Shown piece after piece: positions 10,021-22,900 of a stretch of 59,507 nt of DNA. Under the pieces are notes generated by a model. That model saw only the letters and a program-made list of their open reading frames with translations, had not been told where the DNA came from and ran no database searches. Source of the stretch: Nanohaloarchaea archaeon B1-Br10_U2g21 (GTDB lineage: Archaea > Nanohalarchaeota > Nanosalinia > Nanosalinales > Nanosalinaceae). The stretch spans positions 1 through 59,507 of the forward strand of contig LKMP01000005.1 of NCBI GenBank assembly GCA_001563915.1, read 5' to 3'. The position numbers and the translations under genes were made by a program. Each line of letters opens with the position of its first letter. Within the stretch, counting starts at the first letter, position 1.

Positions 10021-10040
10021 ATTTTATTTTTTCTTCTTTC
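10021..10040 (+). terminator. T-rich putative archaeal terminator between convergent genes
   Basis: attttattttttcttctttc 30-50 nt after the stop at 9992. Confidence 0.4.
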
Positions 10041-10070
10041 TGTTATTAGTGTTATCAAGAATTACTAAGT

Positions 10071-13000
10071 TTAGCGGGAGTTATGGCTGAGCGTGCTTGT
10101 ATCAATATCACTATCAGTTGCTAGGTCTGCCATCATGTAAATTTTCATATCTTTCAAAAGTTCAAGATTTGAAGCGGCTACATGATTATTTTTATTCATC
10201 CAGTTGTGAACTTTTTGGAGGCGTCTATAATCTTTTAGTGCCTTATCAGGTTTTTGATTGTCAATATGCCATTTAAAGACTTTGAAATTTGCTTTGAACG
10301 CAAGTGACAGTGAAGCTGAGAGTATTTGTTGTCTGTATACAATTAGTAGTGCTGAACCAGATGTTGCTGTTAAGAACATAAGAATTAGGTGGTAAGGAAG
10401 CGTTTCTTTTTCGAAGTCGTACTCTATCATTTTTGTTGCGGTTTCTCCGTTACATGCGTAAGTAATATTGTTTAGGCCTTTGTGTAGAGAAATATTTTTT
10501 TGGATTTCTTCACCGCTATCTGTTCCAATTAAAGTTTCGTTATGATAGATATCGCAGTTAGACTCTCTATTTAAAGATAGAGTGGAGAAATAATGCTCAT
10601 CGGTTATTTTTTCTTGTTCCGGAGGCGTTTCTAGTTCTAAAGGTTTTTTATCAAAGAAAGCTGCTTCTGGAGAATACCATTCTGATTCATTGCTGTGGAA
10701 AGAGTACTCAAACCTGTCTGAAGAGAAACTAGAGTAATATGTCTCTAATAATTCTTGGTTCTCTTCTGCGTTGTAATCCTTTATTATAAGTCCTGTATCA
10801 GAATCGCACTCGTTTTCTACTTCTAAAAATGTGTTGTTTTCTTCAAATGAGCGGGTTGCAGTTATACATTCTTCTACGCTTCTAAAACTGTATAAACTCT
10901 TATTTGGCATGTGGTCTTCTGTGACATTCAATATGTCAAGGTCGGAGTACACAACATCATCATCTATATCATCTTCCTCATCTTCTATTTCTTCAGGAGG
11001 TGCGCCAGGAGATTCGTCGCTGCCGCTATCACCGTTATCAGAGTCTGGAGTGTCATCTAAAACAGAAACAGTTTCTGAGGAATCTGTTTGATACTCTGCT
11101 GCAGTCCATTCACAGTTGAACTCAGTTTCTCCTGTAGCATTTGAAACAAATTCTTCTGATTCTGTAAGATTTTCTCCAGGGCCTAAATCTCCGAAGAAGT
11201 AACTTTCCTCACGTACTTCAAAAAGATCCGGTACTGAAATTTGTAAGCCTAAATTTTGAAGAGTTATATCATTGCTATTATTCTCTACTTCGCATGTAGC
11301 ATTGGTGCTTTCTCCAATATCTATCTCGTTTTCGGAGAGCTCAATAGAGTCAAACGCATCAACTTCATCATCAAGATCAATTGAGATTAGCAATGAAGAC
11401 TGCCCAAGGTAAGAAAGCATACTTCCTTGTAGCAGGGGGGTTTCGCATGAACCAGTCTCTAAACAATCATAACTATTTCTTTGATCTACTAGCTCATCTA
11501 AACGATTGCGGTACGTAGAATTACCAGTAGTTTCATAGGCCTGTAAAATTAAACCTCCTTGATTAGAATACTCTAAATCCTCGCAGTCATTAATGCAGTC
11601 GACGTCATCTATATAATTAGAGGTTTTGTTATCGGCTGTTTCTTTCCATTCGGTATTACCACTATGTGTATAACTGTTCCAGAAACCTGATGATATTTCG
11701 TAAGAAGTATTCATGTCAGTGCCGCTTTCAGTAAGGTTCTGTGCGATTTGTTTGTATGTGTTGTTGCCTGTTACTTCATATGCTTTCCAGTATCCACTCA
11801 TCATACTCCCTTGCGACTCAGAGCTACGGCACTCAAAATCGTTATCCCATACTTGGCAGTCTTGATCATCAACTACAGAAGTTGAAGCATAGTATTCTCC
11901 AAGTTCCCGAATCGAATTATTACCAGTGATTGAGTATGCTGTGAATAAGGACTCTATCAAAGAGCCTTGCCTTTCGCCTGCAAACACGCCGTCTGAAGAA
12001 TCGCAGCTGTAAGGGGTTACGTCTTCATCTTCTAAGAAGTCCTCGTCAGGAATACACTCAGCCCTGTAACCTTCTTCAGGGTCGTAGTGATAGGGAGGTA
12101 GAGAAAGCTCTTCTATGGTAGATAAGTATTCTTCTCTATATCTTCCGATATAGGCATTTGAAAGACCTATAATGTAGTTAGCTTGGTATCGCTCATCAGA
12201 AACGACGCATCTAGTATCGCCTTCTAAAGGGTTACATGTGGATTCTGAACCTGTATAGATAAGATCTGATACATCATTCCATAAATTATTATTTATTTCG
12301 CTGTAAGGGACAGGCAGTTTTCCTGAGGAAGGATAAGTTAGATCATCTGACTCTAAACTATAATAGTATAGATTTTGTTGCAGGAAATTATGCTCAAATT
12401 CGCAGCTATTCTCTAAAGGATCTAAACTACATCTTTCGATTTCAGAACCATTTATATTCTTCAATACTGCTTCTGGAGAGTCAATTAGACCTGATAGATC
12501 AGTAGTTACTTTTAGGCTGTCGTTAGTGGAAGGATGGCTGAGTATCTGTGAGTTATGGAACTTTTTATCATCAGATCTTTCTGAAGAGTGGCGATTAAAA
12601 GCGGTTTCTGCAGCTACACTCTGTGTTTTAGGATTACTGCAGCTATTATTGTCATCAGAGTAACAGGAAGTTTCAGATTTCTCGCCTTCCAATACGGCAG
12701 TTCGATAGAAGTTATAATCTTCAGTAGCTCTATAGCCTAAAAAACCTGCCCTGCTAAGCTCAAGATGTTCTTTTTCGCCACAATTTGATTCACAAACCTC
12801 TAAGGATTCTCTATAACTTTTTGTAAGATTTTTGCGATATTCTGGAGATTGAGTTAGTAAATACGCTTCAGAAAAACCTTCTACAATGCTAGGATGGATT
12901 TTACTGGTTTTAGACAGGTTCTGTGCGATTTGTTTGTATGTGTTGTTGCCTGTTACTTCGTATGCTTTCCAGTATCCACTCATCATACTCCCCTGATTGT

Positions 13001-13793
13001 TACCAGTTTCACAATCAAAATCTCCTTCCCAAACATCACAGTTATATGCGGAGCCAAGAGTATAATTTTCTGCGAGATCTTTAGTAGTTTCATCTCCAGT
13101 AACTTGATAAACGCTCCAAAGACCATCTATAAGAGATCCTTGTCTCTCGGCTCCTGAAACATTAAACTCTCCGCCTGCGTCAGAATCACAGTCGAAATCA
13201 TCTATTTCGTGCCTACACTCTAAACGCCTATGAGCTTGGCTACCGTACTCCGATGTAGAAAAATTTAAGGCCTTCTCCTTGTGAGAATCTTTCCCGCTTA
13301 TAGAGTAGGCTAAAGCATACTTACTCATCATATGGCCTTGAAAATGTTCGTACTCGCACTGGAAATCCCCTTCCTCGGAACAGTAAGGATCTTCGCTCGG
13401 ACGAGAACCTAGTAACTCTAACGCATTTTCTTCTAATGTTTCATTTTCTAAACCTATTGAAATAGTTCTATGCCCAGTTTTAGGCGCTTTTTCCTCATCT
13501 ATATTGAAGTAATAACTGTAAACACCTTCAGATGAGAAATTACTGCTGTCTAAATCTTTCTGAAATTTTTCTCCAGTTTCCGAAAGGCTAAAGCTTTGTT
13601 CTTGTTCTGAGGGTGAAAAAAGAACTAACTCTATGTCATCCACACTGCTGTTATTAAAGAAATAGAATGTGTGTTCGCTGTCAACGTTTCGATCACCTTC
13701 TATATAGTATGTAAGCTCATGACCTGCTGAAAGATTCAACAGGAATATTGCTCCGAAAAACATTATGATTAGTCTTGATAAACGGAGACCCAT
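10071..13793 (-). CDS. Large secreted, C-terminally membrane-anchored protein with two Cys-decorated helical repeat domains (six-hairpin alpha/alpha-like) and Ig/CARDB-like domains
   Basis: Signal peptide; duplicated module (GAERQGSLI / AGERQGSLI, CDVWEGDFDC / CQVWDNDFEC, QGSMMSGYWKAYEVTGNNTYKQIAQNL twice); GDLGPGE CARDB-like motif; acidic linker; TM helix LILMFLTATSGSALLIVY. Confidence 0.8.
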   Translation of the reverse strand: MGLRLSRLIIMFFGAIFLLNLSAGHELTYYIEGDRNVDSEHTFYFFNNSSVDDIELVLFSPSEQEQSFSLSETGEKFQKDLDSSNFSSEGVYSYYFNIDEEKAPKTGHRTISIGLENETLEENALELLGSRPSEDPYCSEEGDFQCEYEHFQGHMMSKYALAYSISGKDSHKEKALNFSTSEYGSQAHRRLECRHEIDDFDCDSDAGGEFNVSGAERQGSLIDGLWSVYQVTGDETTKDLAENYTLGSAYNCDVWEGDFDCETGNNQGSMMSGYWKAYEVTGNNTYKQIAQNLSKTSKIHPSIVEGFSEAYLLTQSPEYRKNLTKSYRESLEVCESNCGEKEHLELSRAGFLGYRATEDYNFYRTAVLEGEKSETSCYSDDNNSCSNPKTQSVAAETAFNRHSSERSDDKKFHNSQILSHPSTNDSLKVTTDLSGLIDSPEAVLKNINGSEIERCSLDPLENSCEFEHNFLQQNLYYYSLESDDLTYPSSGKLPVPYSEINNNLWNDVSDLIYTGSESTCNPLEGDTRCVVSDERYQANYIIGLSNAYIGRYREEYLSTIEELSLPPYHYDPEEGYRAECIPDEDFLEDEDVTPYSCDSSDGVFAGERQGSLIESLFTAYSITGNNSIRELGEYYASTSVVDDQDCQVWDNDFECRSSESQGSMMSGYWKAYEVTGNNTYKQIAQNLTESGTDMNTSYEISSGFWNSYTHSGNTEWKETADNKTSNYIDDVDCINDCEDLEYSNQGGLILQAYETTGNSTYRNRLDELVDQRNSYDCLETGSCETPLLQGSMLSYLGQSSLLISIDLDDEVDAFDSIELSENEIDIGESTNATCEVENNSNDITLQNLGLQISVPDLFEVREESYFFGDLGPGENLTESEEFVSNATGETEFNCEWTAAEYQTDSSETVSVLDDTPDSDNGDSGSDESPGAPPEEIEDEEDDIDDDVVYSDLDILNVTEDHMPNKSLYSFRSVEECITATRSFEENNTFLEVENECDSDTGLIIKDYNAEENQELLETYYSSFSSDRFEYSFHSNESEWYSPEAAFFDKKPLELETPPEQEKITDEHYFSTLSLNRESNCDIYHNETLIGTDSGEEIQKNISLHKGLNNITYACNGETATKMIEYDFEKETLPYHLILMFLTATSGSALLIVYRQQILSASLSLAFKANFKVFKWHIDNQKPDKALKDYRRLQKVHNWMNKNNHVAASNLELLKDMKIYMMADLATDSDIDTSTLSHNSR
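11734..11810. repeat. 77-bp near-identical internal repeat, copy A (copy B at 12916-12992)
   Basis: 76/77 identical by eye; single synonymous difference (TAT/TAC). Confidence 0.9.
12916..12992. repeat. 77-bp near-identical internal repeat, copy B
   Basis: Matches 11734-11810. Confidence 0.9.
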
Positions 13794-13965
13794 ACATAAT
13801 ATTAGATTGCTGTTAAATAAACAGTGGAGTTATTTTCTATTTTATTGTTACTTAGAAGGGGTTTGCACATGTTTTATATTCCGTTAAATGGTATTATAAT
13901 ATAGTATAAGTTGAATAACTTGTTCCAAATTAGAAGTAATAAAATGGGTCGAGGAAGGCTATAGA
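13794..13965. promoter_or_regulatory. Divergent promoter region for the 1240-aa gene and the giant-protein operon
   Basis: AT-rich 172 bp; minus-strand TTTATTTA about 21-28 nt upstream of ATG 13793; plus-strand TTTTATAT/TATTATAA candidates; GAGGAAGG RBS-like element before ATG 13966. Confidence 0.5.
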
Positions 13966-16900
13966 ATGTCAGAGCTAGAAAAAATCAAAATACTTCCACT
14001 GCTATTAGCAGTATTATTAGCTGTAGCTTTAGTCGGCGCTGACGCCTCAACGTATATACTGGATTCGACTACAGATTTTCAAGTAACTTCTGAAGGTGAA
14101 GACCGAGGAGAGTGGGAAGTATATTTTGTCTCAGATGAACTAGGCCTAGTAGAGTTTCAGTCTCAAGACTCTAATCAACTAGATTTTGAGAGTGTAGACT
14201 ATTATGATGGGTCTTGGAATGAAATTGAGCCAGAGTCTACTGAACCACTATCATTTGAGTGGAACCAATCAGAGGCAGAATACGGGAGAATTGTGTTTGA
14301 ACTCGAAGAGCCTGGAGATTATCAGGGCCAACTTTCATTTGAAGATTCTGAAAGAACAGTAGAGACCACTCATCGATTTGAGCAAGAAAGCAATATTCTT
14401 GACTTAGACTCGTTAACAGTTCCTTATTCTGTATGTAGTTTTTCTGATAACTTTTGGATATGTGATCCGGAAGAGGGAGAACCGGGTTACGAAGGAGAAC
14501 TGATAGAATTAGATCCTGATGAAGAAAAGTCAATTGATGTGCCTTCAGATGCAGAGGTAACTGATTTTTCATTTCTAATTGAATCAGTAGATGACCAAAG
14601 TTTGCAAAATTTTACTGGTAGCCAAGCTGTTTTTGCAGATCTCGGAGATGAGAGTGCTGTAGTGACTAAAAGCGCAGATACAGTAACTGTTTATTCTATA
14701 GAAGGTGAAGAATTATGGAGTCATCAGTCAGAATATGAAATTGATAGTGTTGATACAGGTACAATACAGCACTCTGAAGATACGGCTGAACAGCCAGATG
14801 ATATAGTGATCACAACTGAGAATTCTTTAGAAGTGTTGGATTATGAAGGAACTGAAGTATTCATGCGTTCAGGAGATGAGCATGGTCCTGTTCTTATTGA
14901 GGAATTAATCACAGATAGAGTTACTGATTCTAGAGACACAGGAGACGCTGATCGATCACAGTGTGTTGGATGTGGAGAGGATGCTCTAGAATTCGATATG
15001 GACTTTGAGGTGAATGATACTCAGGAACTGCACTATATTCAGTTAGCTATGAATTATTTTGAAAAAGAAGATGATCTCAATTTAGTAATCGGTGATTCTG
15101 AATACGATATTCCTGTGGAGGCAATTGACACAAGCAGTATAGATACAATAAAATCCGATTCTGATAATATTGACCAAATGTTAGGTCTAGAAGATAACTT
15201 AGTTCTAGAGACTCCTGATGAAGAATTAAACGCGGAAACGGATTATTTCAAACTACCTTTAGCAATTGCTCCTGAAGCCCAAGAGGAATTAGAGATAAAC
15301 ATAGGCCAAGAAGAGTATAGTGTAGCGCCTGAAGATGTAACAGAAGAACTAGATGCTGAAAATTATAATACTGTTGATAATCTAGACGCTCTTACACACT
15401 TAGATAACTCTATTAGTTATACTCCACAAGAACAAGTTTCTGAAGACTCTTCAACATATGTTGAAGTACCTCTTAACAGAAGAGAAGGAGAAGAAACAGA
15501 TCAAATTAGTTTAGAAATTGGAGGGGAACAGTATACTTTGTCCACCTCGGAGTTAGAAGCAACTAATGTTGAAAGATACAGTGATGATGAAGGAGAAGCA
15601 ACTTCAGGTAAAAGACTTTATGGTGATGACGAGCTAACATTTAATCTCCACTATGATATGCCTGAAGAATTTGAGGCAGAAGATCTATATCTTAAGACGG
15701 CATTTTCGCAGGTAGGGGATCACGCCCAAGACATAGACATCGATATTAATGAGGAAACTTATGAGCTAGACTCAGAACAGATAACAACCTCAAGTTCAAC
15801 AGAATATTCTATTAATGACGGCGCACAGAATAACAGTACATGTATAGGCTGTGATGGAGGTCTTAGACCTGAGTTTGATCTCACAGCTCTAGATATAGAG
15901 GATTCTGGAGAAAATACTGAGATCGGTTTCAAAGCATGCCGCGAAGGAGAGGAGAGTGAAGAACTTGAACTAAGAGGATCAGGCCTTGATACTCGGTATG
16001 AGTTCACGCCGGAGGTAGTAGAATGTTCTGAAGGCTTTGAATGGATCAGTTATACAGTAGACGGGAGCGACATTAGAGATGACTATCTTGCTCTTAACTG
16101 TGAAGATTGTGATGATGATAATTACTACAATTTGGCGGCAGATGATTCAACAGGAGGAGAGTATTCGAGAATATTTAATCAATCTGAGAGTTCCACTATA
16201 ACAGACCTTGGCTATGACTATATGATTAACGCCAGTACAGATACAGCCCTCGACTTTGATTTGGCCAAACTACCTGTAGATAAAGAAGATATAGAACAAG
16301 ACGCTGAAGTGACTTATAGCTGTCAAGACTGTACTGATGAAGAACACTACAGACTTATGCTTGATGACTCAACTTCAGGAAACACTTTTTACAGTGAAGA
16401 ACAGGTAGAGGCTGAAGGAGATGCAATAACAAGAGTATGGACGAATACGTCTTTAGATTATGAGAATGTAAGGACTAGAGTAGATTCTGAAGATCTTGCA
16501 GAAGAAACAGAAATAGATATAACGTGTAATACATGTGATGAAGGGTATAATATACTTAGTGAGGATTCTGAAGGAGAAACTAGAGACGGAGAGGACTTAC
16601 TAAGCACTGAGATCGGTATTAACATTATCGAAAAACCTGTTGTTTATGAATGGGTAGAAATTCCTACTGAAGGGCAAGAATATTTAGAGAATGATGCTGA
16701 AATTAGCTGTGAAGGCTGTGAAGATGAATATTATGTTGGACTGGACTCCGGATCCGATCTTGAGTCATACAGAGACTCTGAAGATCTTCCACAAAACTTT
16801 GGAGGCAGTACATTTAGATTATGGACTAATAGTAGCTTAGAACATGATTTCATCAGAGTTCCGGTTGATGAAGAAGATATAGAAGAGGAAGATAGAGGAA

Positions 16901-19900
16901 GAATAGAGTGTGATGATTGTAATCAACCTTCATATAATGTAATGGTTGATGAGGACTCAACTCTTGACTCTTGGGAAATACAAGGAGGAGAGGAGGAAGA
17001 GCTTTCAGGCGGATTAATGGCTCGCCTAGAATCTTTTGGCACAAATTTAGGTAATGAAATAGTAGTCAGCAGGTCTCCGTCAACCCTAGAAGTATACAAC
17101 AGCACAGGGAGTATAGTGTGGGAAGAAACAGTAGAAAACACAATCTATGATCTAGTTACTGGTCAGGTCGAAGAAAGTGAGACTGGAGAAGAAATAATAG
17201 TTGCAACAAGAGAAGACGTTAGGGTATACTCGTCTTCTTCTGAAGAACTTATACGAAGTTATCCGGAAACTGGGGAAGAATGGGTAAGGAAAGTCGAAAC
17301 AATTGATGCCACAGGCGATGGAACAGAAGAGATAGTGGTAGGTACTGACAGCGGAGAACTTATTGCAATAGATGAAGATAATGAAGAAGTATGGTCTAAA
17401 GACTTAGGAAGTAGAGTTAGAGGTTTAACAAAGGGAGAGGTAATTAGAAATGAGGAAAAATCTCTTGTAGCAGGTCTAAATGATGGTACAGTTGATGTAA
17501 TCTCTTCTGACGGTCAGAGAATTCTGGATTATGAGGGAGAAGAGCCTGTTGTATCAATTGATGCCGAAGATGTAATTTCAAGAGAAGGGGATGAAGTAGG
17601 AGTCTCAAGAGAGGATACTAATGTGTTTAACATGTATTATTCTCCAGAAGACGTAGTCTTTGGAGTTAACTCGGAACAAGCTTTCGAGTTAGAAGGAGTT
17701 TTGAGAGGAAGTGATCAAGTTGAAGACTCAGAAATCACTAATGCTATTAATGAGTATCTTGATGCCTGTGAAGATGAAGTCTGTTCAGTACCTTTAGCTA
17801 TTGAAGCCTCAGAAGATGGAGCAGCTCAGATTTCAAATTTGGAAGTAGATTTTGATTATGACGTAAGCGAGGTTATAGATAGTCAAGATGAAGTTATAGA
17901 ATGGGCAGAAACTGAAGAAATTGAAGCGGGGGAAGAAATAAGGTTCAACGCTCTCGATATCTTTTACCAAACAAGTCCTGCTATTCCTCTAAGAGTAACA
18001 CAATTTAGATCAGATGGTATTACAGACCACCTTGCAGGAGGCGATTTTGACGGCAATGTTATCTTCAATGACTTGACACTGTCAATTGACGCTGAAACAT
18101 CCACTATTGATTTAAGAGATAGTAATAAGTCATTCTGGCTATTTGGAGATGGAGAAGAGAGACAATCTGATAGAACATGGTACCGTAGCGATGAAGCCGA
18201 GTCCCCTGTAGAGATTAACTCTACAGAGTTTGAAACAGTAGATGGATTTGACCAGAAAAATGCCACAGTGTTTAGGAATACGGAAAGAACCGAAGATTCA
18301 TTCCATAATGTTACAGTAGGGATGAGTTTGGATGAAGAAGAAATCAGGGGGGAAAGATTTGTAGAAGTAGAGATAAACGGATCTTGGAAAGACATAACTC
18401 CTGAAGTAGAGGGATGCGAAATATACAATGAGAAAGAGATAGACGAAGAAGTGTTCAAGAGCTGTATGGAAGACAGTAACGGATCTGGAACGATAGACAG
18501 AGTTGAAGTAGTACAACCTGAAGTAGGAGCCCAAGAATCAGAGACAGAATACAGAGTAGGAGGAAGTTCTAATCTGCCTCCAGAGATAACAAATCTCTCA
18601 GTTTCCCCAACAGAAGAAGTTTGGGGTACTGAACACAATGTAGTAGCAGAATTCGAGAACGAAGAAGAAGATAATATCGATGCAAAACTCTGGGTAGACT
18701 CAGAAGAAGGTTGGCAAAAACAGGATGAAAGCATTATTTCTGGCTACGAAAATCAAGTAGAGCTTGAATTTAATACAGAGAGAGAAATGATCGGTTCCAG
18801 AGACCTAAAAATAGAATACGTGGATCTTGATGAAAATGAAGAGCCTATCAGGCCTCCTGTAAACAGTACGGATATAGAAAATCCGCAAATTGAAACAGTT
18901 GACGTATCTGAAAGGCCTATAAGTTTAGATATAACTGATTCGGGAGAGCAAGAGATTGACAGAATAGGTCAAGAAAACAGCGTTGAACTTGCGGTTTTAG
19001 ATGATATAGATGATGTAACAGTAGATAGCAATGATGCCTTCTGTTTCTTATGGGCGGATAATGGCGCCACAACTCTAGTTGACACAACTTTTACTTCCGA
19101 TACAGGAATTTGCCAGCTTGATTTAGAGAATTTGGATGATTTGGATGTGGGTGAAAGAAATTGGTGGATCGAAGTAGACGGACAAGATTTCTACATGGAT
19201 AATCAGACTGAAACTCAGAATATTAATCTAAAAGGTAACATGGAGTTCGATTTAGAGTTTGAAGATAAGAAAGCATTTTTAGAGAATGAACATGATCTTC
19301 CTGAAGAAGCCGAGTATGATATATCTAATGTATTGGATTTAACAGGAGAGGATAGGGAACCTGAAAGTGTAGACATTACGTTTGATGGCCGTAATTATCC
19401 TGAAAGTCCTACTGAGGAAGATGACTATCAAGGAGAACTAAGACCTGAAATATATCAAGATACTCCTGAACCAGGAGAAGTAGAAGTTAGCTTCATATTA
19501 GAAAAAGAAGCCTTCAATGATGCGGAACAAGAAATTAACTTTACAGTAAAAGACTCCTTTGAGTCAGTTTTATCAACTTCTGAAGATGCTATCGATCAGA
19601 GCGAGGCAGTTAATCTTACAGCTGATTTTGAAAGATCAGGAGAAGAAGTAAATCCTGAGAATGTAACATTTGATACAGAAGCCGATGGGTTCTGTCAAGA
19701 AATATGGGATGATGGGTCTACGGTAACATGCGAGTTTGCTGCTAGTTCAAGTCTATCCAGCGGAAATTATAATTGGAGTGTTGATGCTGAGAAAGATTAT
19801 AACGAACATGTGCAAGGACAGGACAGCTTTGATGTAGTGGGAGACATAACAGCAGAAATAGATATTGAAGATGATGAAGTTTATAGAAACCCGGATTCAG

Positions 19901-22900
19901 AAGAGTCTAACCGGTTGTCATACAACATACAGGATATTGAAGATGAGGAAGGAGCTAGTATAACTGACGCAGATTACTATCTAGAAGTTCAGAACGAAGA
20001 CGGAGAGTTTGAAGAATTAGACTCAGGAAACACTGGTAATAGCAACTCAGCTCAAGAAGAATACACAATAGATAGCGAAAAAGAAGTAGGAGGAACCAAC
20101 TTTAGAGTAATAGTTGATACAGGAGATAATGAAGTTACAGAAGTTAAAGAAGTAGACGTATTTGGTACTTTAGAGGCTGAAACTACTGAAACTGAGGATG
20201 TGTATATTCCAACAACAGAGACGCTGACTGATGATGACTTCTCGACCACTACCGATCTACAAATTCAAGTAGAAGATGAACTGGAAAATACTGTAGCTGA
20301 TTTTGAAACAGAATTTAATAGGCCTGAAGGATCTTGTAGTGAAGAAAATGGAAACTGTGAGTACTCTCCAAGTTCAAATCTTCAAGCAGGACAATATGAC
20401 TGGAACGCTACTGTAGAAAAAGAATTCTATGAAACCGCACAAACAGAAAACGAAGAAGTCGTAGTCAAGGACGTTTTAACTTTAGAACTGCCGTCAGGAG
20501 ATGAAGGAGTAGTAGAATCAAGCTTTGAGGACGAAGTAACACAGACATTCTTTTTAGAAAACTCAAGAGGAGACAGAATAGATGCTACAGGTTTTGAAGC
20601 AAGTTTAGAAGATGAAACTGCAGCATTTACCGATGAGCAAGCCCAATTAGAATGGGGTGTGGCGTGCGAAGCCTACAATCGGGGAGAACAAACGTTAACC
20701 GCACAACTAGTGGAAGAAGATCCGAACAATCTGTACAGTATTTTTGACGATTCACAAGAGTTAGAACTGGTCGTCAATAATACTCTGGACGTCAATATTG
20801 GATCTCCTTTAGACGTAGAAGATGAAGATGCTGAGGCATATACTCAAGGAGATAACATAAACTTGGAAACAAACGTTACGGGCGAATGTGGAGAAGAAAC
20901 AGAAGAGTTCGATGATGACATCGTATGGAGTGCTGAGATGATTGAAACAGAAGAGTCAGATACAATTGGAAGTGGTGCTGAATCAACGTGGAGCATACAA
21001 GATGAATTTTCAGGATTTACTGAAATTCAGGCAGAAGTAGACGATGATTATCTAGAAGAAAACACTGACTCTGTAGAAATTGCAATAGATGATGTAATCA
21101 CATTGAATATGACTGAGACGCAAGAAGAAGTTATTAGGGAGTTTGGAGAGGAAGAATGGAATGGGAGTTATGAAGCCTCAGTCTATACAGGAGAGGAAGA
21201 ACCAGCAAACGAGTCCGAAATAGATGAGGACTGGGAGAACTTTGAGGTAACATGGTACTTACAAGGCGAAGAAATAGATTCTGCAGAAACTAATGAAGAT
21301 GGAGTGGTAGAATTTGAGGTAGAATATGGGGAAGAATATGAGCCAGGAGAAGTAGAGTTAACAGTAGTTTTAGAGCCCATAGATGAAGAAGAACTTTCAA
21401 CTGCGATTATAGCTCCAGAACAAACAGAAGATATAGATGTATTAGATGAATCCAGAACCACGATATTAGAAGCTCCGGAAGAAGTTTTATTCCAAGATGA
21501 AGTAGATCTTGAAATGGAGTATGAGATAGCTTCAGGAGAGGAAAATAAAGACACACTTGATCCTAGCTTTGAATGGAGATATGAAAGGCCTGAAGACAGT
21601 GTTTCAATAGGTATAAGTTCCGATAAACAACCTGAGTGGGCAATATCTAGCTCGATATACAGAGAAGGTCTGATAAATGCTACCACTGAGGATGATTTGA
21701 TAACTTCATCTTCAGATAACCAGACGCTTATCGGTAATAGGGAAGCAAACATAGAGACATGGGATCCTCAACCAAATATTCCTAGAGATGAAGTAACAGA
21801 ATTTTCTGCAGAGGTTGATACGCCTGGCCTTTCAGATCCTTCAGGTTATGAGGTGAACTTTTCAGTATTCAATCCTGATGAAGAAGATGACAGAGAAGTT
21901 GTAGATGTGGCTGAACTCGATCAAGATGGAGTAGCAACCATTAACTGGGATGCATCCGAGTATGATCCTGGACAGTACACTACTTTCTTAGAAATTGATG
22001 ATGACGAAGAATTGTTTATAGAGGCAAGCGAACAGAATGAAGAAGAACGCCAAATAAGTATTGCTGATGATGTAGAAGTAACCGCATATTTCAAAGATAA
22101 TTTAGAACCAGTTCCAGGTACTAGAGATGAAGACAACATTCATGGCACTCGTTTCGATAACCTCCCTACAAACGTAGTTTATAGAGACCCTGGACCATGG
22201 CAACATCCTACTGAGATGTATTTCGGTGTAAATCTGACCGCACCTTTAGCAAACGAGCCTGGCGAGGCATTAGTTGATGAGGCAGATGCCATATTTGAGA
22301 TAGAGCACAATGAAACATCTGAAACTCATGAGGTACAAACCTGCGAGATAGATGCTGAAGATCCAGAGACAACATCTGAAGACTTCTTTGATTTTTATGG
22401 ATGCGAAACTATCTGGGATGCTTCAGAAATGGGGAGTGATCTTGAGGTAGGAGCTTATACGCTTAACATCAGAGTAGATCCGCCTTCTGAGGATTGGACT
22501 GTCCAAGAAGAAACCGGGCTAGATTTAGAGGTCAGAGGCCAGCTACAGACCGAAATTGTGAGCCATAATACTGAAGACGGAAATATTGAACAATACATAA
22601 TGGGAGAAAATAATACTATAGACCTTGAGGCTGAAGTAACTGATTTAACGACAGAAGAAACCTTGGACGCTGAAGATCTAGATGATGTAAGATGGAGGTT
22701 GATGGATAGTAGCTCTGGAAGTAGTGCAAGAACAATAACCTGGGACGACCATGACAGCGGGTCACAAAATGAGCTCGAAACATGGATTGATCTTTTCGAT
22801 CCCGGAGATGATTGGAGAATGAGGTCTAGCTCACAGTACATTGGAATTTATGTTGAAAAAGAGTATTATGAACCAACTAGAAATACTCACAGAAGAAATC

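Noticed and set aside
11734-12992. 77-bp (and 122-bp argS) repeat pairs as DGR template/variable repeats
   Set aside because: No reverse transcriptase nearby, both copies lie in coding sequence, and there is no adenine-specific mismatch pattern
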